Assembly (NCBI RefSeq): GCF_006345805.1
Contig: NC_043009.1
Coordinates: forward strand, 39,370,001-39,434,000
Source: Octopus sinensis
Lineage: Eukaryota
DNA length: 64,000 nucleotides
Reading direction: 5' to 3'
Both the position numbers and the translations under genes were made by a program. Below, piece by piece: positions 12,135-25,335 of this stretch. Below the pieces are notes generated by a model. It did no database searches. It was given only the letters and a program-made list of their open reading frames with translations, and was not told the DNA's origin. How positions within the stretch are numbered: the first letter of the stretch is position 1; every line of letters starts with the position of its first letter.

Positions 12135-12295
12135 AGGGGCATAAGCGTGGCTAAGTGGTAGGAAGCTCGCTACCCAGCCACATGGTTCCGGGATCAGTCC
12201 CACCGCGTGGCACTTAGGGCATGTGTCTTCTACTATAGCATCGGGCAGACCAAGGTCTTGTGAGTGGATTTTATAGACGGAGACTAACGGATACA
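12135..12295 (+). mobile_element. SINE family A head, twin 2
   Basis: tRNA-like head plus GTGTCTTCTACTATAGC...TTGTGAGTGGATTT body. Confidence 0.8.
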
Positions 12296-12529
12296 TATAT
12301 ATATATATATATTATTATTATATATATATATATATATATACATATATATATTACATATATACATATATAATATATATATACATATTATATATATAAATAT
12401 ATACATATATATACATATATACATATATTATATACCATATATACATATATACATATATATATATACATATATATACATACATATATATACATATATATAT
12501 ATATACATATATATATATACATATATATA

Positions 12530-12582
<53 letters not shown>

Positions 12583-12630
12583 ATATATATATATATATAT
12601 GTATGTATATATATATATATATATACATAC

Positions 12631-12677
<47 letters not shown>

Positions 12678-12979
12678 GATATATACATATATTATATATA
12701 TATATCATAATCTATATATATATATATATACATATATTATATATATATATATAATATATATATAATATGGTATATATATTTAATATATATATATATATAC
12801 ATATATTATACATTATATATATATATATATATCATACATACATACTATATATATATCTATATATATATATATTATACATACATATATATATATATATATA
12901 TCTATATATATATATATACATACATATATATATACATACATATATATATATATATTATATATATATATATATACATATA

Positions 12980-13017
<38 letters not shown>

Positions 13018-13115
13018 GATGTATATAATATATATACATATAATATATATATATATATATATACATAATATATATATATATATATAATATATATATAATA
13101 TATACATACATATAT

Positions 13116-13157
<42 letters not shown>

Positions 13158-13158
13158 C
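12296..13158. repeat. About 860-bp interrupted (TA)n tract
   Basis: Directly visible; many single-base slips suggest noisy consensus or slippage. Confidence 0.9.
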
Positions 13159-13276
13159 ATAGAAATTCGGGGTGAGTACTTGATAATTATAAGCACTGTG
13201 TATACCGTTTGGTGGTGTAGGTGTGGAGTAAATGATCAAAATAAAAATAAAAATAAAAACATGAGGCGAAGGATTC

Positions 13277-13353
13277 AGCGGTACATATGTTTCGGGCCTT
13301 TATTAGACAGATACAAAAAAATCATAATGTATGTGTGGCCTTCTTCAGCCGCT
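13277..13353 (-). ncRNA. Type I hammerhead ribozyme (left arm of palindrome)
   Basis: Minus strand: AGCGG CUGAAGA AGGCC...GGCCC GAAA C-AUAU-G UA CCGCU; GUA cleavage predicted between 13282 and 13281. Confidence 0.75.
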
Positions 13354-13575
13354 CACAACAGCTTCCACAAGGACATGTGTAGTTCCGAAATTCTTGGCTG
13401 GGGATGCAAATCTTCTCGTTCCCGTACGACAAAATGCGGCAGCAGCATCGAATTGAATCGTCCTGGACGATTCAATTCGATGCTGCTGCCGCATTTTGTC
13501 GTACGGGAACGAGAAGATTTGCATCCCCAGCCAAGAATTTCGGAACTAACACATGTCCTTGTGGAAGCTGTTGTG

Positions 13576-13654
13576 AGCGGCTGAAGAAGGCCACAGACAT
13601 ACATTATGATTTGTTATGTATCTGTCTAATAAGGCCCGAAACATATGTACCGCT
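13576..13654 (+). ncRNA. Type I hammerhead ribozyme (right arm of palindrome)
   Basis: AGCGG/CCGCU stem I; CUGAAGA 13581-13587; GGCC/GGCC stem II extended by ACAGA(C)AUACAU/AUGUAUCUGU; GAAA 13638-13641; palindromic CAUAUG stem III; GUA cleavage after 13649. Confidence 0.8.
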
Positions 13655-13722
13655 GATCCTTCGCCTCATGTTTTTATTTTTATTTTTATTTTGATCAATT
13701 TATATACATACATATATATATA

Positions 13723-13769
<47 letters not shown>

Positions 13770-13873
13770 CATATAATATATATATATATATATATATTAT
13801 ATAATATATAATATATATATATATACATACATATATATAATATATATATATATATAGATACATACATATATAT

Positions 13874-13982
<109 letters not shown>

Positions 13983-13991
13983 ATACATATA

Positions 13992-14223
13992 GGGCGGCGA
14001 GCTGGCAGAAACGTTAGCACGCCGGGCGAAATGTGTGTAGTTGTATTTCGTCTGCCGTTACGTTCGGGTTCAAATTCCGCCAAGGTCGACTTTGCCTTTC
14101 ATCCTTTCGGGGTCGATAAATTAAGTACCAGTTACGCACTGGGGTCGATGTAATCGACTTAATCCGTTTGACTGTCCTTGTCTGTCCCCTCTGCGTTTAG
14201 CCCCTTATGGGTAGTAAAAAAAT
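13992..14223 (+). mobile_element. SINE family B
   Basis: Near-identical to 8211-8441. Confidence 0.85.
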
Positions 14224-14234
14224 ATATATATATA

Positions 14235-15320
14235 ATATATTTATTTGTGTGTCTTTGTGTCCATATTTATCCCCCCACACACACATACAGTATCGCTTGA
14301 TAACTGATGTTGCTGTGTTTACGTCGCCGTAAGCTGTAATCTAGCGGTACGTCCAAAGAAACCGACAAAATAAGTGTTGGGCTTACAAAGAATAAACCCT
14401 GACAAAAAAACCCTTTAAGACTGTGCTCCAGCATGGCCACAGTCAAGTAACTGAAACAATTAAGAGAATAAAATAATAATGGTTTCTAATTTAGGAACAA
14501 AATCAGTTATTCGAAGAAAACAGGGATAAGTGATACCGTCTACCTTAGTATTTGATTAATTCTTTTCACCATAAGTCCAGGTCTTGGGAGTATGGAAAGT
14601 AAAGTTAACCTCGATCGGATTTTAACTGAGAAGGAAAGTAATGAAATAAATATTGCAAGGTTTAGTGCGGCATGGTGGCTGAGTTGTTAGCACGCCGAGC
14701 AAAATGCTCAGCAGCATTTCACCTGTCTATATTTTCTGAGTTCAAATGCCGCCGGAGCCGACTTTGCCTTTCATCTACTCGGGTCGATAAAATATGTACC
14801 AATTGAGCACTGAAGTCGATGTAATCGACTTTCCACCTCCGAAATTGCTGACATTGTGCCGAAATTCGAAACCAATGTTACACTCTAAAATTTTGACACT
14901 AAAATTTCTGCCAATGAAGCATACCTAATTTTGTTTGTGAGTAGCCTATGTCTAGTAGTTTTCAGGGAGGGACTTAGTTGATGCCGTCTGGTACTTTATT
15001 TTTTTAGACCTTGGAGGATGAAAAATATTGCTGATTTCGGACGGATTTCAAGCCAGAATATAAAGAGCCGGAATAAATACTGCAAGATTATTTTTACCTG
15101 AAGCCCTGGAAATTCTACTAACCCACCACTCTTAATTGTTTTTTTTTTTACTTAGAAACATGGTTAACAGTTTTGATGAGATGGAACTAATCGATACCAG
15201 TGATCCCATTACTTCACTGGCACCATATTTAATCGACCTGAAGGGATGAAAGGCAAAGTTGACTTCGGACGGTTTAGAACTTAGAATGAAAAAAAAACAC
15301 TTTAAGAAATACAGCCATGC
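14235..15320. mobile_element. Cluster of decayed SINE fragments (family A body about 14235-14475 plus; B-like copies on both strands)
   Basis: Recognisable pieces: CTCCAGCATGGCCACAGTCAAG, GAGTTCAAATGCCGCC..GACTTTGCCTTTCATC, ATGAAAGGCAAAGTTGAC. Confidence 0.6.
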
Positions 15321-16819
15321 CTTTTCTTCTGTCAGCTCTATGTTTCTATTTTAGAGCAAGGGTTGGATGTCGTCATTTAGATCAACACCCTTCCCATATT
15401 CAACATTCTAATAGAGTAAGCCATATCCTGTTCATCCTCACAGCGAAACTAGCTGTCCTATAAACATTGTCCCTATAAACATAATCTCGCCACTAGAATC
15501 ACCACTATAAAATTCTTATAGACTATAGATTAATTACTATAACATTTTTTTCTGTTTAGCAATCAGCAATTTCTATATAGCAGCTTATGTTGAAGATAGC
15601 AAATGGAGATTGAGTGAGGTTCATGATGCTTCAGGATGTATTTTCTAAGATACAAAAATAACTGTTTATAACATAGGAAAATGTTGTGGGTAAGAAATTT
15701 CATCGATTAAATCCTTAGGTTCGAACTTGGAGGGATAGCTGACTTCAATTTGATTTAGACTCAAAATGAAAAGATACGGAATAATCACCACAGGTCATTT
15801 TGACCATCACTCTAGCAATTCTGCCCAGTATACTCTCTCTAACGCCAGTTCGATTAACAGCTATTATAACATGGGATAATCCTTTAAAACAACAGGAGCA
15901 ATATAATTCATTAAAATAAAAGTTGAAAAAACTCCATTTAAATTGTGGCTATAAAGTTTAGCATTTAAGATTTGATATATATTGAAGGAAATGAACTATA
16001 TATTTAGAATTTCTCTGACAAATGTATCAAAGTCCCACTCTTCTACTAATATCAACACACGCTGATTCGTCCATTGGCGATCCAGATAACTTGGCACCAT
16101 GAATGTAATAGTTTTCTACTTTTGTTATACATTTTTTTATCCTATAATTTTCCAGTATTATGTCTGATTCAGAAACAACTTTTGCTACTACTTTTAGAAG
16201 ACATAATTACTGTTACTACGTTTACTTGTAGTTTGATTATTGTTCCATTTTAAGTAGCTGCTGGGTAGATGAATAGAGAAACAACACTGTGTGGATAGAG
16301 AGTATGTTAATTGGTGCACAGATTTGTCATATGCGTCATACATGACTTCGGTATTGAAAATAAATTTCACCTGATCTTACACAAGGAAGAATAATTATTT
16401 TTAATCATTGCAAAGTCTTACTCATTAATTTACTGAACTCTCATTGTCTCCAGATACTAAATATTTATCCTATTTTGTATGCACGTTCAATCAATATTAA
16501 TTTAATGTGTAATAGCAAGCAAATTGTATTTCAGAAGCTCGGAAGCCTAAATTATATTCCATCAGCTAGAAGTAAGATGCTTTCTGAGAGAAGCTGTCTA
16601 ATCTATTTATCTATATAAAAAAGCAGCAAAAACATTGTGTCGCTGACAAATTCTATATCCTAATAATGAAATATTCTGCTAAGATATAATGTCTTTATAA
16701 ATATTAATTTTACTGGAAAAAAAAATCTGTCGGGAAACCTAGGCTTTCCTGTTTCAAATACCAACATCAGTAAACTGTTTTAAACAAATTTCAAATGTGT
16801 CATAAAAATATAGTAGCTT

Positions 16820-17350
16820 GGAAACATATTTAATGTTTATACCCGATATAGATACCAGCAATTGTCGACAGTCTGAGAATAACATTGTAGTTAAGTATAA
16901 ATTAAATATTTATTTCCAAAAAAGATAACACGAATTACTGGCAGTCTCTCTCTTTAATATTGCAGTTAGACATATATTAGTTGTTTGTTTCCGACAGGAA
17001 TACTATCAAATGTTGACAAGAAAAATTTGCTTTTCGCACATAGATATCATCAAATGTTCACAATCACTGAATATCTTAGTAGTTATGCATACATCAAATG
17101 TTTATTTCCGACATAGCAACAACCAAATGTTAACAGCCCTCAATAACAATGTAGTTAGACAGATATTAAAATGTATATTTCTGACATAGATACCACCAAA
17201 TGTTTAAAATTCTAAATAGTTTTGCATTTAGATATTAAATGTTTAGTTCCGATATACACACCATCAAATGTTGACAATCTGTGAAAAATATCATTGTTCG
17301 TGAGATATTAAATATTTATTTCCGACATAGATACCAACAAGTACCAACAG
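16820..17350. repeat. Degenerate tandem array, eight units of about 73 bp
   Basis: Core TATTAAATGTTTATTTCCGACATAGATACCATCAAATGTTGACAATC. Anchor starts at about 16843, 16916, 16991, 17035, 17108, 17181, 17249 and 17322. Confidence 0.8.
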
Positions 17351-18922
17351 AATTTCCATAATTTTTCTGCCATATTTAATAAGTATAGTATAGACCAAAA
17401 GTATTCTATAAACTTTATATTATCTGAAGCCATAACTCTAGCAGACTATTCAATAACGTATGTATTCTTTACTTGCTTTAACTGCTATCTACTGAATATC
17501 ATTTTTGATTCATAATTTCTATCTACTTAAACAACAGCAGTGTTATATGGAATGGACAAATGACATCGTCTTCAAGAAACAACAAAGTCAGCCGATCGAA
17601 GAAACGACGTCTTTATAGCTGTCTCATGAGTAAAATATATCAACAACTAAAATGGCATTTGATTATTCTAAAGAATAATGCATGTTGAGCGTCACTTGCA
17701 CCGGACTATACTGCAGTGATAAATACGCCTATCAATAAGTAGACTTTATACGGAGGGAAGAATATTTTTTCTATCCTAAATTACATGTAAAAACTTGCAG
17801 TTGGTGGCTCCGCTTTGTCTATAAAACATATGATGGATTGTATGTAAACTCATGAAGCTGTTACACTGGAATTTAAGCAAAGACCCACTGTAGTTCATTG
17901 TATTACAGAGTAATCAGCAAAGAAAAAAACAGAAAGCTAAGCATATAGCAGTTTGAATTTATAGTTCCTTCCTTTTTGTGTTTTATATAAGAAATATTGT
18001 TTTTCTTTTTCTCCAGTTGAATCTTTAGTAACCCTTTGACATTTATCTATTTTCGTTTTCAATTATAATTATTGTTTTGTTTGTTTATTCTGCCCAGCGT
18101 ATGATATTTTCATTTATCAATTTCGATTCTCTCAAAGACCCTCTCGTCTATTATCAAGAGATAATGTCTATCAATCATTGAAATATATTTACTGACACTG
18201 TTCTCAAATGTATTATTACCGCTATGAGTAATGAGGGAATATTTTTTTTTATACGCCGTTTATAATGTTTTATTGTAAATCATTTTGATGTTGATTGAAT
18301 ATATCTTTATTTGTCAAAATCCATTGTTTGAGTTAATAGCCGACGAACTCTCTCGATTATTCACATTTGGGGAAAAAATATTATATTGAACTTCAGAAGT
18401 TCCGATGAATTAGTATCTCTGCCAGGAAATTGTCCGAAAAGAGTTGGAGAAAATGGTTTTAATATAATATATCAAAATAATAAATCAATAGTTATTTTAG
18501 TTCGAATGTTATGCATGTAAGCTATCAGAAGTTTCAATTTAAAATGGGTTTAATACAAACGGGAAGATAAACAAATTCCGTTGGTCTAAACAAAAAAAAA
18601 AAAGGTTGTTCTATACAGATACTAATTTAACTATGATTACATCACAGAATACAGAAGTATACAAATCAACTATGTGATGTAAGCCATCTTATTTTCTTTC
18701 CCGGAAGCTCTAGCAAATATTACTTACCGCGAAAACGGCAAGTGACTTGAAGGGTCTACTATGAAAAACTTACATCCCGGAAAAATGTAGTTTAAAAAAC
18801 CACAGTAGTGAGAAGCGATCATGGGTACGGTTGGATCACTACAGAATTGAAACTTATAAGGCATCGAAAATGACTCTTTCAGAATAAGAACTTAAAGCTA
18901 AACCACAGTCGCGCCCGCGCGT

Positions 18923-18961
<39 letters not shown>

Positions 18962-19148
18962 GTCTCACTCACACACACACACACATACAGTCTCACTCGC
19001 ACACACACAAATATTGTATTTTCCTATATAAACTAAGTTCTGATTAAAAAAAAAACAATGAATTCAAGTGTCTAAGCATGTTTTCTCAAAGCATACTTAT
19101 ATATAAATATATATATATATATATACATAGTTAGATAGATAGAAAGAT

Positions 19149-19241
<93 letters not shown>

Positions 19242-20332
19242 CACACGCACACACACACACACGTGATGTGATCAATAAGTATCAGCACTGGTGTTATAGT
19301 AAAATCTAAAGCACGCAAAGTGAAGCTGTTTGGCAAAGATTGACCTTGATCTCCGCTGTCCATGGGCACTAAGTTTTAACATTTTAGCTCACTTCTGCTG
19401 TTTACAGAAGTACTTGGAAGGAAGGTGTGTAGCGTGTTATCGTCGCATTGACCATGACAGAGTAAGTTGAGCAGAGAATCTGCATCAAATTTTGCGAAAA
19501 TCATGGCGATACCTGCTTGATATTGTTCTTGATATAATCAAGAAGATCTTGTGCAACTGAAGCCCAATTTTCTTTTCGGTCAGCTGAAACTTGGCAGACA
19601 CGCGTCTCATACCCAATCCACAGTGAAAATGGATCGAACTGAGCCATACGTAATCTGCACATCCTCTGATAACTCTCGGGTGGTGATTCGAGGATTTCCT
19701 CTCATAACTGCACGCACATCGTAATACATACGTATGCTTGACTGTCTGTCTGTGTATGTATGTATGTACGTATATACATACATACATGTGTGTGTGTGTG
19801 TAATAAACACCAGTCAGAAGTCAGAATGACCTTGGTTGCATGTAACATGCTTTCATTATTTGTTTGGCATGTGCTTCTCATTGTTGCGAGCAGACATGAT
19901 CACGATCCTGGTATCCCGTATCACACACATGATCCAGTGGGAAAATCGGAATGCAACAGCTGGAGGGTGAAAGGACTTCCCATATACTTGGCTGGTATTC
20001 ATTCAGCTGCTCAAACTAGAGCTGCGTAAAATAAAGCATCTTTCTCAAGAGCGCACGTCGTCGCTCAATGTCGGTATTCAAACCCCGAACCTCACGAGGC
20101 CTCTTGATCATACACTTCCACGCACACACACACACACACAACACATACAGTCTCACTCACACACACACACACATACAGTCTCACTCGCACACACACAAAT
20201 ATTGTATTTTCCTATATAAACTAAGTTCTGATTAAAAAAAAACAATGAATTCAAGTGTCTAAGCATGTTTTCTCAAAGCATACTTATATATAATATATAT
20301 ATATATATACATAGTTAGATAGATAGAAAGAT

Positions 20333-20425
<93 letters not shown>

Positions 20426-21322
20426 CACACGCACACACACACACACGTGATGTGATCAATAAGTATCAGCACTGGTGTTATAGTAAAATCTAAAGCACGC
20501 AAAGTGAAGCTGTTTGGCAAAGATTGACCTTGATCTCTGCTGTGCATGGGCACTAAGTTTTAACATTTTAGCTCACTTCTGCTGTTTACAGAAGTACTTG
20601 GAAGGAAGGTGTGTAGCGTGTTATCGTCGCATTGACCATGACAGAGTAAGTTGAGCAGAGAATCTGCATCAAATTTTGCGAAAATCATGGCGATACCTGC
20701 TTGATATTGTTCTTGATATAATCAAGAAGATCTTGTGCAACTGAAGCCCAATTTTCTTTTCGGTCAGCTGAAACTTGGCAGACACGCGTCTCATACCCAA
20801 ATCCACAGTGAAAATGGATCGAACTGAGCCATACGTAATCTGCACATCCTCTGATAACTCTCGGGTGGTGATTCGAGGATTTCCTCTCATAACTGCACGC
20901 ACATCGTAATACATACGTATGCTTGACTGTCTGTCTGTGTGTATGTATGTATGTACGTATATACATACATACATGTGTGTGTGTGTGTAATAAACACCAG
21001 TCAGAAGTCAGAATGACCTTGGTTGCATGTAACATGCTTTCATTATTTGTTTTGCATGTGCTTCTCATTGTTGCGAGCAGACATGATCACGATCCTGGTA
21101 TCCCGTATCACACACATGATCCAGTGGGACAATCGGAATGCAACAGCTGGAGGGTGAAAGGACTTCCCATATACTTGGCTGGTATTCATTTCAGCTGCTC
21201 AAACTAGAGCTGCGTAAAATAAAGCATCTTTCTCAAGAGCGCACGTCGTCGCTCAATGTCGGTATTCAAACCCCGAACCTCACGAGGCCTCTTGATCATA
21301 CACTTCCACGCACACACACACA
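18923..21322. repeat. Direct tandem duplication, unit about 1187 bp
   Basis: Offset 1187-1188 at several anchors (CTAAGCATG at 19072 and 20259); only a few substitutions and indels; junctions lie in (CA)n tracts. Confidence 0.95.
19261..19725. pseudogene. Rearranged mariner element (5' end on plus, internal transposase fragment inverted); second copy about 20448-20912
   Basis: TIR-like GTGATGTGATCAATAAGTATCAGCACTG. Plus strand reads (M)TE*VEQRICIKFC; minus strand reads VRAVMRGNPRITTRELSEDVQITYGSVRSIFTVDLGMRRVSAKF and, in another frame, WASVAQDLL. Confidence 0.85.
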
Positions 21323-21901
21323 CATAAAGACACACACAGACACACACACTTCACATCTAGAAGGGTACGTCTGCCACAAATACAGATAACCTGACTGCAC
21401 CTGTATGCAGTCGCTCGCCAACGCCCTCCAGCCTCCGTTCTATTAGAGGAGATCTCTCTCTATCTCTCACCTTTCTCTCTCCCATTATACTAACTTCTAC
21501 ACTAATTCTTGCATCACCAATCATAAGGACCTAGTTCTCAGCTCCCTCTTCCATACATAAGCCTCAACCTACAACCTATAGCCGTTCCATACATTTCCTC
21601 CTTAGCTATTATCCTTCTTGCAGACGTTACCTTCTATGTGTTCACGAGGATCCTTAACAAACTATGAGGTTGACACTGTTTCGCAAAAGCCCAAGATAGC
21701 CTTGAGGATGTGTTTTACCTACAGTTTGTCACCTACATATGTTTGTGCGTATGTGTGTGAATGCGCGCGTGTATGCCTAACATGTTATATCTTGTAAATA
21801 TCTAATTGCTAAAGTGGAAAAATGATGAGAAAGGCCATTTTCTATTCAACTTTTGGCAAATATATAATACTTTACCAAGGACATTCTATTTCGTATTCAA
21901 C

Positions 21902-22023
<122 letters not shown>

Positions 22024-22198
22024 GCAAAAATCACCTTTTATCAATTCAAAATGAACAATTAAATTACATCATCTATAAATATATATATATGTATATATAT
22101 ATTTATATACACATACATATATATGTATACATATATGTGCATATATATACATCCATATACACTCACACACTACGCACATCATATATAGATATTTATGC

Positions 22199-22254
<56 letters not shown>

Positions 22255-22274
22255 TATATATGTATATATATATA

Positions 22275-22415
22275 TATGTAAAGGTATGTAGAAAAATACA
22301 ACATGGACAAGAACGTATAACTCTTAGAAGACGATACAATAAACACGGACAGGACATTCGAAACCCTCAGTCTTCAGTCAAGAACCGGATCATCGTAGTA
22401 ATTTCGGCTGATTAA
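22275..22415 (-). mobile_element. PLE-type terminal-repeat remnant
   Basis: Minus strand AATCAGCCGAAATT... and CTGAAGACTGAGGGTTTCGAATGTC look like decayed hammerhead pieces between TA tracts. Confidence 0.3.
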
Positions 22416-22438
22416 ATATATATATATATATATTATAT

Positions 22439-22491
<53 letters not shown>

Positions 22492-25130
22492 GCATATATG
22501 CGAATGTATGTGTGAGTATTCATATGTTGATTGTGTGTTTGCCGTGGTTTAACCTACAGTTTCCTCTTCTGATTTATGTCGTGGGTCAAACAGTTATAGA
22601 AGCCAGTAGGAATTTTAAAATATAACAGCAGGAATTAATTCAAATGTTTTAAGTTTAAGCCTCGCTAATGAAAGAGGAAGGCTGGGAACGTCAACACATT
22701 AGATTATTTTGTGTAATTTTAATTAAAACGTACATTAAAAAGTAAAATTTCTAAACTTAATAATCTCGGAAATTTTGTGAAATAAATTAATGCAGTGTCT
22801 TACTTAATAGTATTAGTTTCCTAAAATAAAACAACGTAAAATAAAAAGAGAACAAAAAGCTGATATGGCTAATGAATATTTTTAATGAGAATTATAGTGA
22901 ATTATAATTGTTTATGTGACAAAGTAAGATACAGTTTGATGGGGTGGTCCCCATTAATGGAAATGGCGAGAATAATTAATCGAAAATGTTTCTTACTCAG
23001 CAATAATTTAATTTCTATATTTCTATAATTTTGTTCGAGACATACTACACACACACACAAACACACATTCGCATACGCACCCGCACACAGAACAGACAGG
23101 CACAAGCATACACACGCGCACAGACACACACACTCTCTCTCTCTCACACACACACACACACAAATACGTACATACATACATACATGAGGTCATTCTTTAC
23201 TAGTGCATTGGTTGATGCGACGCTCAGTCGTCTGGCTTCAATTTTGTACTCACCATATCAGGAATAATACTCTGCTGTGAATTACTGGGTAACATTCACA
23301 TTCTGATTACGGACCCATGACCATGATCATTCATGCGAAGAATATCTAGTGAGCTGTTGATTACATGATTGTATGTAACTGAAGTTAATGTATTTAGGTC
23401 ACTTGCGTAATAGTGGTGATTTCGTTAATGTGGTATGGATCAGAGCAGAAGGCAGCATTCTTCTGAAACACACATTCAATAGTGTTTCATTGAAGTAAAC
23501 GTTGTTACTTTATAAATCCCCACTTGCATTGTGGGAAATATCTACTCATATTTTTTACTTGTATGAAATGCTTTTTATCTCTATAAATTTATAATTAACA
23601 AATGCCTTGCCTAATACTGACATTTTTATTGACTTTGATATTTTTATTGGTTCTTTAATCACCACCTCAAATTATTTCGCTTTATTTCCTCTTTTATTGT
23701 AATCTCATTTACCATATCTGATAAAAAGCTTTCTTTTACTCTGAGCAGGATTTAAGCTACTATTTTAACAGTTTTCAATCTCCTAAAAATCGTGCGTAAT
23801 GACAAATTATCAGTCCTTATATATTTCATCATATTTCACTTGAATCTTTTAGTAATTCTACTTTATTGTCAACTTTTATATATAAAGTTTTAGTAGTATT
23901 AAAGCCATTCTACCCTTCCTTTCACCATTTGTTTTCAAGCGTGTACGGACCTTGGCAGTTGTGGTTTCGAGGAAAGAGAAAGTTGTCCGACTGATAATGA
24001 ATTTGCCACCAATGTGATTATTCAATAAGACTTACAATGTTGTTTGTAGTAAGTCATTCTATTACATTACTTGTTTGTCAGATGACATTTGTATATCAAG
24101 ATATCATTGTATATCAGATACAGATCTGGTATGTTATTTGCTTATAAAATAACATCGTTTCATGCAATGTATCGGATATGTCAGTCACATATTTCAGTAC
24201 CAGCGTTACTTCCAAACTTCTAAACTTCTCCGAACAGAGTAGAATGTATTTCTTCCAACTACAATAGCCTTATTCTCTTATTCTATTATACGATTCAGCC
24301 ATGCGACTGCGGTCATGCTGGAGTTACTCACAAACTTCGTGAAACTTCAGTTATTTATTCATGTTATGAAAGTAAAAAAAGCTTTCTCCATACGTAACTT
24401 TTCCCAACATATTTTGTCTGCTGCAAACTTGGAATATATTTTTCACTTATTTATTAAATAAGATAGCTACTTTCTTCTTGGTGGTTGATATTTAAGCTAC
24501 CAAAGTTTGTTGGCTGTTATAGAACATTATGTTACCACATTCAGATTCACTATTATAAAACATTATATCTCAAAGAAAAACAAATAACAGGAATTAGTTG
24601 ATGCTATCCATTCAAACATTTGGTGTAATTATAACTAAATAAATTGGAACATATATTGCGAAAAGCTTCCGTACTATATTTGATATTGATGAATACAAAT
24701 TCTTTTCTGTTAGCTTAACATTTCATTACTTTACGTCTGTCATTCAGGGAATCGATTTCACGGAGTCCTAATGACATATACAAAATAACAACGTTACAAT
24801 TTATGCAATGTAACTCTATAGAAACCGTTGATGGACAAATATATATTTATTTCAAATTGATGATTCACAATTGTTGCTATTCCTAGATTAGCGTTTTTTA
24901 TGCATTCGTTCATTTTTTTTTTTGTTCGTTCATTCGCTCAGACGTCTGTATGAATGTTTAAATGTGGAGAACTCAGAGTAACAATTGAGGGAATTATTAG
25001 CTTCAGATAAATGTATACATCCTATTCAATGTTTAAGTAATTTTCTCCCGTCTGTACACGCAATGAAACACACACGCACATGTACACACACATCCATATA
25101 GATAGATGTATGCAAATAGTTAGTGTGGGG

Positions 25131-25335
25131 TGGTGAGCCGGCTGAATCTTTACCACGTCGAAGAAAATGTTTACCGGTATTTCTTCCGGCTCTTTACATT
25201 CTGAGTTCAAATTCCACCAAAGCCAGCTTTTGGCTTTCATCCCTTTCGTGGTGGATAAAATTAGGTATCAGTCAAGCACTGCGGTTAATGTGGTTGTCTT
25301 TCACCTGCCTCTTAAAATTACTGTCTCTCGCAATT
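25131..25335 (+). mobile_element. Decayed SINE family B
   Basis: CTGAGTTCAAATTCCACC...GCTTTCATCCCTTTCGTGGTGGATAAAATTAGGTATCAG. Confidence 0.65.

Larger units (their letters stand above)
13233..13697. mobile_element. 465-bp near-perfect palindrome (foldback element)
   Basis: Arms 13233-13463 and 13465-13697 are reverse complements with a single T spacer (GAATCGTCC-t-GGACGATTC). They differ at about five places, mostly 1-2 nt indels; ends are (TTTTTA)n-type tails. Confidence 0.95.

Noticed and set aside
16820-17350. CRISPR-like repeat-spacer reading of the 73-bp array
   Set aside because: The repeats are heavily degenerate, the linkers are homologous to each other, there are no cas genes, and the context is eukaryotic.
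18777-18841. Possible 65-nt minus-strand exon (DPTVPMIASHYCGFLNYIFPG) with gtaagt donor
   Set aside because: Short open frame and signals are within chance expectation; a second equally good donor 50 nt away shows how common they are.
19760-20029. ORF with signal-peptide-like start (MLSLFVWHVLLIVAS...)
   Set aside because: It begins in a microsatellite and ends in a decayed SINE; the second copy is frameshifted; no recognisable family.
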